Both the position numbers and the translations under genes were made by a program. Shown here in pieces: positions 29,394 to 37,243 of a DNA stretch of 64,000 nt (positions are counted from its first letter, which is position 1; each line of letters starts with the position of its first letter). Below the pieces are notes generated by a model. It was not told the origin of the DNA. It saw nothing but the letters and a program-made list of their open reading frames with translations, and searched no databases. Origin of the DNA: an uncultured Enterobacteriaceae bacterium (GTDB lineage: Bacteria > Myxococcota_A > UBA9042); the NCBI GenBank assembly GCA_964447285.1, contig CAYURO010000013.1, positions 16,029 to 80,028 of the forward strand. The letters run 5' to 3'.

Positions 29394-31840
29394 GCGTTCT
29401 CCTTGGCGGGTTCCTGAGACGCAGGCGGCTGCGTCTCGGTCGAATGCGGCAACGGCACCGACACGTGGATCGTCGTGCCCTGACCGGGCTTGGTGTCGAA
29501 CGTGACTTCGCCGCCCAGCAACCGAGCGCGCTCCTGCATGCCGACCAAGCCCAGACCGTGGTCCTCGTGCTGTACCGCAAGGGCTTGCACCCGCTCGACA
29601 TCGAAGCCCACGCCGTCGTCCTCGATGGTCAACTCGACGCGATCCTTCAGGTAGGCCACCGTGACCAGCGCGTGCTCCGCCTGCGAGTGCTGCACAAGAT
29701 TACCAAGTGATTCCTGAAAGATGCGGAACAGCGTCACGGCCATCTCGCGCCCCAGCTCGATCTCGTCGCCGTCGACCTGCAGGCTGCCGCGAATCGAGTG
29801 GTCACGGCCAGTCCGTTCGAGGTACCACTGCAGTGCCGGCAGGAAGCCCATCGTGTCCAGCACCGACGGCCGCAGGTCCAACAGGATCCGCCGCACCGTG
29901 CCGAGCATCTCGTGCGCGTTTTCCTCGAGACCGCGCAGGCGCGCTGCGACCTCAGGCGAGTTGCCCTCTTGATTGGCCACCCGCTCCAACGCCAACCGCA
30001 AGGCCGCCAAATCTTGGGCGACCGTGTCGTGCAGCTCGCGGGCGACGCGACGACGCTCCTCTTCCTGAGCGGTCAGCACGCGGTGCAGGAACTCCCGTCG
30101 CTGGGCGTGGCGAAGTTGGCGTTCCTGCTGAAACAATCGGCCGGTGGCGCTCAGGACGACGTGGCGCAGGACCGACTCCAGCCGACGCGCCTCTGTAAAC
30201 GGCCGGGGCTCGCTGGCGCCCAGCACGCACACCACCTCAAACCCTTGCGGCGTGGTCAACTGTGCGATGACGACGACACCCAGATTGCCGCGAATGAGAT
30301 CTTTGCCCGCGAAATCCTTGGGTTCGAACACGCTCATCCGGTAGACGATGGCCGGACTTGCGCCAGTGGCTGCCGTCGCGGCGCCGCCCATCGTGGGCTC
30401 GTTGGGGCGCGCAGGTTGGTCCAACAGCTCGCGCCAGCGCTCCACCAGACTTTGCGACTGGTCGTTCCCCAGCCCCCGCTTGGCAATGAACACGCGGCCA
30501 CGGTGCCCCATCTGCAGCGCGCCCGCGTCGAACCGCAAGAACTCCAGCAACTTGTCGAGCCCTTGGGCGGCCATCGCGTCGAGATCCAGCCCCTGCGCGC
30601 TGAACTCGGCCACTTCCTGCAGGACGACCAGATGGTGCTGGGTCAGGCGGACCTCATGGCGCAAGGCGGCCCGGTGACGTTCAACCTCCTCCAGCGACTC
30701 GATCATGCCCGACCGCCAGCGCTCCAGCGTCCGGGCCAGAATGCCCACCTCGTCGTGGCCGAACGAAGGCAGCTCCATCCGCTGCTCACTGGACTCGGCG
30801 TTGCGCACCGCACGGGTCAGGCGCGTCAGCGGCCGCACGACGCTGTGAACCGACAGACCGGTGAACGCCAGAAACAGCGGAATGAAGGTAAATCCCAACC
30901 AGAACAAGCGCTTCTGTAGGGTGAAGGCCGGTTCCAGTGCCTCTTGCTCCAGCTGCCGCACCGCCACGCCCATGTCGAGCTTGGGCAGGGGCACGAACGC
31001 CAGCACCTCGACCTCGCGGGTCGTGGTCGACGAGTCGGCGTGACAGCTGTGGCAGCGGCTGCGGATCTCGGTCCGGGTCGCAATCGCGCGGGTCAGCTTG
31101 CCTTGGTGGTCTGCAGCGCGAAACAACCCTCCCGGCGCACTGGAGGCGACCACCGTGCCGCCAGCATCGACCAGCTGCAGGATCGTCGAGCTGCCCTGCC
31201 GCACGCCCTGCAACGTCGCCAGCAGGTTGTTCGATGCCGGGTTCAGCAGTCCGCCCACGTAACCTTGCACCGTGTTTTGGGTCCCTCCACGCAGGGCCTG
31301 AACGACGATGACGATGGCGCGCGGGCCCGGCGGCAGGTGGGTCAAGCGCGAGGCAACCGGCCCGTCGGTCTTGGCGGCAAGGGCCAGCACGCGGCGAAAC
31401 TCTTTGACGGCGTTCAGGTATCCAGCATCGTCCGGCACGGAAGCGACAGGCACCCCGCGGGCGTCCAGCACGAAGGCGCCCTCTTCGAACATCGTGTCGC
31501 GGTAAGAGTCCAGCGCGGTCCGCAGCGTCAAAGCTTCCGGAGTTCCGATCGCGGGCACCTTGGCAGGCACGCGGCTAGCCAACACGTTGACATCCCGACG
31601 GATAAGCAGTTCGAGGTAGCCGCCGGTCGCCTGCGCCAGATTGGTTCGCTCGGTCAGCAGCCGCTCAACCGAACCCTCGAGCATGATCCAGGACTGCACC
31701 CCCACCGCGCCCAGCAGCGTCGCGGACCCCAGCACTGTGAACAGCAGCGCCCGCGAGTACAGGCTGTGACGCCAACGGAACCGCCGAGAATGGCGCGGTG
31801 CCTTGGGCGCGGGCGTCGCGCTGGGCTGGGGTCCGGGCAT
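29390..31840 (-). CDS. Membrane sensor histidine kinase (Cache-like domain with CxxCH, HAMP, GAF-like, HisKA_3, HATPase)
   Basis: Two TM helices flanking a periplasmic domain containing CHSCH; HAMP DEVGIL; ERRRVARELHD; DDGVGF and GLGLVGMQERA; ATGA overlap with the regulator. Confidence 0.92.
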   Translation of the reverse strand: MPGPQPSATPAPKAPRHSRRFRWRHSLYSRALLFTVLGSATLLGAVGVQSWIMLEGSVERLLTERTNLAQATGGYLELLIRRDVNVLASRVPAKVPAIGTPEALTLRTALDSYRDTMFEEGAFVLDARGVPVASVPDDAGYLNAVKEFRRVLALAAKTDGPVASRLTHLPPGPRAIVIVVQALRGGTQNTVQGYVGGLLNPASNNLLATLQGVRQGSSTILQLVDAGGTVVASSAPGGLFRAADHQGKLTRAIATRTEIRSRCHSCHADSSTTTREVEVLAFVPLPKLDMGVAVRQLEQEALEPAFTLQKRLFWLGFTFIPLFLAFTGLSVHSVVRPLTRLTRAVRNAESSEQRMELPSFGHDEVGILARTLERWRSGMIESLEEVERHRAALRHEVRLTQHHLVVLQEVAEFSAQGLDLDAMAAQGLDKLLEFLRFDAGALQMGHRGRVFIAKRGLGNDQSQSLVERWRELLDQPARPNEPTMGGAATAATGASPAIVYRMSVFEPKDFAGKDLIRGNLGVVVIAQLTTPQGFEVVCVLGASEPRPFTEARRLESVLRHVVLSATGRLFQQERQLRHAQRREFLHRVLTAQEEERRRVARELHDTVAQDLAALRLALERVANQEGNSPEVAARLRGLEENAHEMLGTVRRILLDLRPSVLDTMGFLPALQWYLERTGRDHSIRGSLQVDGDEIELGREMAVTLFRIFQESLGNLVQHSQAEHALVTVAYLKDRVELTIEDDGVGFDVERVQALAVQHEDHGLGLVGMQERARLLGGEVTFDTKPGQGTTIHVSVPLPHSTETQPPASQEPAKENA

Positions 31841-31932
31841 GGGCGCTCAGGGCGTGGAGGGGAGGCGCTCTACGAGTCATGCCGCCTGCGCGACCGACTC
31901 CAGACGACCAAGTCTAGCACGAAGTCGGCGGA

Positions 31933-33939
31933 TCAGCGCACGTAGAGGAAGCCGGACTGCCCCCAGCCCTGCAGGTTGTTGTAGCAACCGGGCCAGCTGG
32001 TGGTGTAGTTGCCGCCGTTATAGCCCTTGGCAATCGAGTAGATGATGTGGGGGCTGTGGTAGTTGTGGTCGCCGAAGTTGCAGCAGGCGTCGTCGGTGCC
32101 CGAGTAGGTCGCCCCGCCGTAGGTCTCGCTCCACGTCATGTTCTTGTCGCCGGTCGACGAGTTGGTGTTGAATTTGGCGATGGCGTCGATTTTGCCCCAG
32201 CGACTGGGCGTCGAGGTGCCGCAGGACAGCCAGAACTGGTCGGAATACAGACCGCGGATCAAGGCGTCCGACAGCTTGGCGCAGCCGGCTTGGTTGGGGG
32301 CGGTCAATGTCCCGGCGGCATTCGGGTCGATGTGGCAGTACGAGTTGCCAACGATGCGCGCCGCCAATGTCCAGCCGCCGCCATTGGTGGTCATGTCGCA
32401 GTAGGCCTGCACTGCCGTCGCTGTGCCGCCGTTGACCCAGTAGACGCCGTCCTTGGCCCCCGACATCTTGGTCAGGATGTCCTTGCAGTTCTTGCCGGGG
32501 TTGTTCTGCGTGCCGGGAATGTCGAGTGCCAGCGGGAAGAACCCGGTCCCGTTGCAAATATAGAGCGCCTTGTCCTTGTCATTCGCGTAGGCGTAGCCAA
32601 ACGTCGAGGCATCACACGTGACCGGGTGTTCTTGCGCGACCTGAAACTGGAAGCCGCCCGCCGCCTGGAACAGCCCGTTCGACCTGACCTTCTTGGACGA
32701 CAGCGTGGCGACCGACACGCTCCAACTGTTGATCTTGCCGTCCATGCCGTTGTTGAGGAACCCGGTGTCGATCACCTCCAAGTACCACTTTCCCTTGGGG
32801 TTCTTTCCGACCCAGGCGGCCAGGTCGCCAGACACGGTCTTGGTGGGCGAGGGCCACGACGTCTTGATGGCCGTTCCCTTGGCCGTCTTGTCCCACAGCA
32901 CGAACTTGGCGCCGCCCGGGTCGATGGCGCTGACCTTGAGACTCGCCGTGTCGCTGTTGGCGATGTCGGCCGTGATGGTCAGGCCCTGGGCCACGCCAAA
33001 ATCAGGCACGTCGACCGGGTCGCTGACGCCCACGGGGTTGTTGTCGGGGATGTTGACAGGGGCTTTCAGGCTCGCCGCCACCTCGTTGAATTGGTTGGTC
33101 AAAAGGTTGTTCGAGATCTCGTCCAAGCCGTCGGGCGGCAGCGCGGCCGGGTCCATCGACTTCACGCAGTCGTAAGAGCCGTCGTCCTTCACGCCCTTGA
33201 TGACCAGCCCCGTCCCGCACGCCGCGCCCACCTTGACCAGCACCGGCAACCCACTGAGATCACTGTACACACCGGATGTCGCCACCTTGGCAAGCTTGGC
33301 CGTCTGCGCGTACGACGACAGGTCCGGCGCGCCCTCGAGGTCGGCAAACGCACCCGTCGTCGCCACCGTCGCAAGGGCAGCCGTCTTGGCATAAGCGGCG
33401 AGATCCGCGGACTTGGCGTAGGTCCCAAGGTCAGCGGCCTTCGCGTACGCGGCAAGGTCCGCAGTCTTGGCGTAGGGAGCGAGGACCTGCGCATCGATCT
33501 GCCCCACGCCGATGCAGCCGGAGCAATCGAGACCCTCCGCAATCTGGGCGCGCAGTGCATAGGGGACGGAGTGCACCTTGGCGCGCTGCAATGCCGGGTC
33601 ACTGCCCACCTTGATCTCGAGCCAGGTCTCAGGAAGCTTGGCCAGCACCGTGGCGGGAAGCGGCGTGTACTTGCCGAGGACCTGCGTGAATCCGCCCCCC
33701 ATGATGGGCGTGCCCATGGGCCCCTCGGTCCAGATCGGCTGGCCGCCCGACTGGGCAGTGTAGAGCGAGACGACAACCTGATAGTCGCCATCGGCCGCCG
33801 GACCACCACCGGTCGAGAGCAAGCCGCCCTCCACCAGCACTGTGGACGGAATGGCGGCAGCCGCCAGCATCGGCAGCAGCAAACCGCAGACCGCAGCAGT
33901 CAGGGACAGCAAAACACGCGACAGCGACAGGAGCGACAT
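31933..33939 (-). CDS. Secreted fibre-like protein: conserved N-terminal domain, 9-aa repeats, P-domain, fibrinogen-like YCDMxxxGGGW tip
   Basis: Signal peptide; SVPYALRA; YAKxADLxx repeats; IPDNN...GKWYLEVID...INSWS (proprotein convertase P-domain-like); NCKDI...DGVYW...AYCDMTTNGGGWT. Confidence 0.8.
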   Translation of the reverse strand: MSLLSLSRVLLSLTAAVCGLLLPMLAAAAIPSTVLVEGGLLSTGGGPAADGDYQVVVSLYTAQSGGQPIWTEGPMGTPIMGGGFTQVLGKYTPLPATVLAKLPETWLEIKVGSDPALQRAKVHSVPYALRAQIAEGLDCSGCIGVGQIDAQVLAPYAKTADLAAYAKAADLGTYAKSADLAAYAKTAALATVATTGAFADLEGAPDLSSYAQTAKLAKVATSGVYSDLSGLPVLVKVGAACGTGLVIKGVKDDGSYDCVKSMDPAALPPDGLDEISNNLLTNQFNEVAASLKAPVNIPDNNPVGVSDPVDVPDFGVAQGLTITADIANSDTASLKVSAIDPGGAKFVLWDKTAKGTAIKTSWPSPTKTVSGDLAAWVGKNPKGKWYLEVIDTGFLNNGMDGKINSWSVSVATLSSKKVRSNGLFQAAGGFQFQVAQEHPVTCDASTFGYAYANDKDKALYICNGTGFFPLALDIPGTQNNPGKNCKDILTKMSGAKDGVYWVNGGTATAVQAYCDMTTNGGGWTLAARIVGNSYCHIDPNAAGTLTAPNQAGCAKLSDALIRGLYSDQFWLSCGTSTPSRWGKIDAIAKFNTNSSTGDKNMTWSETYGGATYSGTDDACCNFGDHNYHSPHIIYSIAKGYNGGNYTTSWPGCYNNLQGWGQSGFLYVR

Positions 33940-34031
33940 GGGAAGCCTCCGCAAGAACAGGTGCAGCAACGGCGACATACAGATGCCGACCGTAACAGCG
34001 CACACGTTTGCGGGCAATCGGAGCGTGCGGG

Positions 34032-36497
34032 TTAGAAGCTGTTGCCGATGGTGAACTCGAATACCAGCGGCCGCTCGTTGGCCTTGCGATTCAGGGGCAC
34101 ACCCCACTCAAACCGCAGGGGACCTACGGGAGAGAACCACCGCACGCCCCAGCCGACCGCAAGCCGCATGTCCTGGAGCGTGATGTCCTCCGCCTCACCG
34201 AACGCGTTGCCGACGTCGAAGAACAGCAAGCCGCGCAAGTTCATGGGCGCCTTGAGGATCGGCACCTCGATCTCGTTGTTCAAGTACAGCTGCTTGACGC
34301 CGCCGATGTTGAATCCCGACAGCGAGGACGCCGGGTCGCCGCTGTTGGGAATCGCGATCTCGGGGCCCAGCGTGTTCCGGTCAAAGCCGCGCACGTTGTA
34401 GATGCCGCCCATGAAGAAGCGCTCGAACAACGGCACCTGCTTGCCTTCCGGTGCCCGAATCAGGCCGCCGACCAGATTGAACTTCAGCACGCCATCGAAC
34501 GGCAGGGGCACGTAGCGGCGCACCTTGGCCGTGAAGCGATTGAACTCATTGTCGCTGCCCAGGAACTGCGCCGCCCACTCCGCCGCGCCCGACATGAACC
34601 AACCGGTGGTCGGGAACATGCGGTCGTCGCGGTCGTCATACGACAGGCTCATCCGCATCGACGAGGTCAGGCCGGACCCGAACAGCGAGGCGATCGGCAC
34701 ATCGGTGCGGCCAGAGAGCCCGCCGATGGACGTTGAGACTTCTTCGAGGTTGTAGCCCGCCTCTGCCGTGAGTTCGTCCGTCAGTCGATAGCCCCAGGAC
34801 ATACCGCCGCCGGTCGATTGGCGCGAGAAATCGGTGTAGAGCTGCTCATAGCTGAACAAATCCAGCGAGAACGTGACGTTGCTGTCCAGGAAGTACGGCT
34901 CGTAGAACGACCCCTGGAACATCGTGCGAACCGACGACAGCGAGCCCTGCACCGACATGCGTTGACCGCGGCCGAGGAAATTGTCCTTGGCGATCTGTGC
35001 CGTGACGATGAAGTTGTCGAGCGACGAGTAGCCCATGCCGACCTGGAAGGTGCCGGTCGTGCGCTCCTTGACGTCCACGACGACGTCCACCACCTGGGGC
35101 AGCGCAGTCGGGCGGGTCTTGATCTCGACGGACTCGAAGAAACCCAGACGCTGTACGCGGGCTTGCGACTGCTGGATGCCCTTTTCGCTGTAGAGCTCGC
35201 CCTCCGCGATCGTCAGCTCGCGACGGATCACCTTGTCGCGGGTCGAGCCGCCACCCTGCATCAAGATCTGGCCAAAGTAGACCTTCTTGCCCTTCTGGAT
35301 GTGGTAGGTCCAGTCGACGACGCGCTTCTCGACGTCCGGCACGCTCTCGTTCGACACCGTGGCGTGGGCATAACCGTAGTTCTTCTGCGCCCCTGCCAGC
35401 GCCTGATTGTCCTGCTGCACCAGCGCGTAGTTGAAGATGTCGCCCGTCTTCAGCTGGACCTTCTTCAGCATGTCCGGCAGCGGGTCCACCGAGTCGCCCG
35501 TGACGTCGAGCTTGCCCACGCGGAACTGCGGCCCCTCGTTCACCCGGATGGCGATCGAGATGTACTTCATGTCGGGCGACAGGCTGACGACCGGGTCCTC
35601 GACCTTGGCTTGGACGTACCCCTTGGTCAGGTACAGGTACTGGATCACCTGCAGGTCGTACTCCAGCATGTCGCGCTTGAAGTTCCCGGCTTTGCTGAGG
35701 ATGCTGAGGACCGACCCCTCCTGCGTCTTCAGCACCGCCTTGATCTCAGCGTCCGGAATGCCCTCGTTGCCCAGCAGCTCGATGCGGCGGACCTTGACCT
35801 CGGCGCGCTCCTTGATGTCGAAGACGACGCGGATTTGGTTGCCGCTCATCGGCTCGACCTTATGCGTCACGCTGGCAAGGAAGTAGCCCTCATCGTCATA
35901 CATCTCCTTGATCTTCACAGCGTTTCGCTGGGCGTCGGCTGGCGAGTACAGGTGGTTGACCTTCAGGTCCACGACCTTCAGCACGTCCTCTTCGCTTTGA
36001 TCCTCGTTGCCGCGGATGGTGATGGCCGCGATGCTGGGCCGCTCGAGCACCTGGAAGCGCACGACTACGCCGTCGTCGCCCGCCTTCTTCAGGCCGACGC
36101 GAACGTCGTCAAACAGGCCCATCTGGAAGATCCGCCGCAGGTCCTCGGCGACGACTGCGGGGTCCAAGAGACTGCCCACGACCGTGCGGATCTGCTTGCG
36201 CACCGCCTGCTCGTCGACTCGCTCGATGCCCGCCAGCTCCACTGCTTTGATGGTGGGACCCTTTGCGCCCGGCTCGTCCGGCACCTCTTCGCCGGCCGCG
36301 TCGTCCGTAGCCGCGTCGTCGGTGCCGGTCTCGTCCTGCGGCGCATCGCCCAGCGACCCGGGACCAAACAACGAATCCGACTGTGCCCAAGCGGAGTTCG
36401 CCGCTCCCGCGCCTGCCGCAAACACCAGCAGCACCAACAGCAGACGCAACAGCGTCTGGTCCGCGCGAGGCAACCGATGGACCGTTCCGAACGTCAT
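34032..36497 (-). CDS. bamA: Outer membrane protein assembly factor BamA
   Basis: POTRA domains, TRDKVIRREL, NFLGRGQ, VRGF, WFSPVGPLRF and terminal FEFTIGNSF. Confidence 0.96.
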   Translation of the reverse strand: MTFGTVHRLPRADQTLLRLLLVLLVFAAGAGAANSAWAQSDSLFGPGSLGDAPQDETGTDDAATDDAAGEEVPDEPGAKGPTIKAVELAGIERVDEQAVRKQIRTVVGSLLDPAVVAEDLRRIFQMGLFDDVRVGLKKAGDDGVVVRFQVLERPSIAAITIRGNEDQSEEDVLKVVDLKVNHLYSPADAQRNAVKIKEMYDDEGYFLASVTHKVEPMSGNQIRVVFDIKERAEVKVRRIELLGNEGIPDAEIKAVLKTQEGSVLSILSKAGNFKRDMLEYDLQVIQYLYLTKGYVQAKVEDPVVSLSPDMKYISIAIRVNEGPQFRVGKLDVTGDSVDPLPDMLKKVQLKTGDIFNYALVQQDNQALAGAQKNYGYAHATVSNESVPDVEKRVVDWTYHIQKGKKVYFGQILMQGGGSTRDKVIRRELTIAEGELYSEKGIQQSQARVQRLGFFESVEIKTRPTALPQVVDVVVDVKERTTGTFQVGMGYSSLDNFIVTAQIAKDNFLGRGQRMSVQGSLSSVRTMFQGSFYEPYFLDSNVTFSLDLFSYEQLYTDFSRQSTGGGMSWGYRLTDELTAEAGYNLEEVSTSIGGLSGRTDVPIASLFGSGLTSSMRMSLSYDDRDDRMFPTTGWFMSGAAEWAAQFLGSDNEFNRFTAKVRRYVPLPFDGVLKFNLVGGLIRAPEGKQVPLFERFFMGGIYNVRGFDRNTLGPEIAIPNSGDPASSLSGFNIGGVKQLYLNNEIEVPILKAPMNLRGLLFFDVGNAFGEAEDITLQDMRLAVGWGVRWFSPVGPLRFEWGVPLNRKANERPLVFEFTIGNSF

Positions 36498-37243
36498 GCC
36501 ACGTCTCCGCTGGACTCGACGATGCGCCCGTCGGCGATGCGGAGGACGCGGCTCATGCGCCGGGCGAGCTCCTGGTTGTGGCTGACGACAACGAAGCCTG
36601 TGCCGGTCTCGGCGTTCAGTTGCTCCATCAGGTCGTGCATCTCTTCGGCAGTTCGGCTGTCCAGATTGCCCGTCGGCTCGTCGGCCAGCACCACACGCGG
36701 CTGCATCACCAACGCCCTGGCCAAGGCCACGCGCTGCTGTTCTCCGCCGCTCAACTCGCCTGGGTGGTGGTCCAGTCGCTCGCCAAGTCCCACACGCTCC
36801 AGCAGGTCGCGCGCCCGGGCGCGGGCCGGTCCCTGGGCCTGACGGGCGATGAGGGTGGGCATCCGCACGTTCTCGAACGCCGTCAGCTCAGGCAGCAGGT
36901 GGTGAAACTGAAACACGAAGCCAATCATCCGGTTGCGAAAGGCCGCCAGCTCGGCGTCGTCCAGAACATCCAGCGTTTGGCCTTCGAACGTGATCGCGCC
37001 GGCGCTGGGCTGGTCCAAGGCTCCCAGCAAGTGCAAGAGCGTCGACTTTCCCGACCCCGACCGACCCACGATCCCAATCATGTCGCCCGAATGCAACTCG
37101 AAATCCACCTGCGACAGCACTTGGATGCGCCGCCCACCCAGCTCGAACCACTTGTCGACGCCTACCGCGCGGATCAGCGGAACACGTGTGTCCACGCCGA
37201 CTTGCGCCGTCGGTGTCGGGGAATTCAGGGGGGCATCAGCCAT
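36494..37243 (-). CDS. lolD: Lipoprotein-releasing ABC transporter ATPase
   Basis: GRSGSGKST, GFVFQFHHLL (LolD motif), LSGGEQQR and ADEPTGNLD. Confidence 0.93.
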   Translation of the reverse strand: MADAPLNSPTPTAQVGVDTRVPLIRAVGVDKWFELGGRRIQVLSQVDFELHSGDMIGIVGRSGSGKSTLLHLLGALDQPSAGAITFEGQTLDVLDDAELAAFRNRMIGFVFQFHHLLPELTAFENVRMPTLIARQAQGPARARARDLLERVGLGERLDHHPGELSGGEQQRVALARALVMQPRVVLADEPTGNLDSRTAEEMHDLMEQLNAETGTGFVVVSHNQELARRMSRVLRIADGRIVESSGDVA

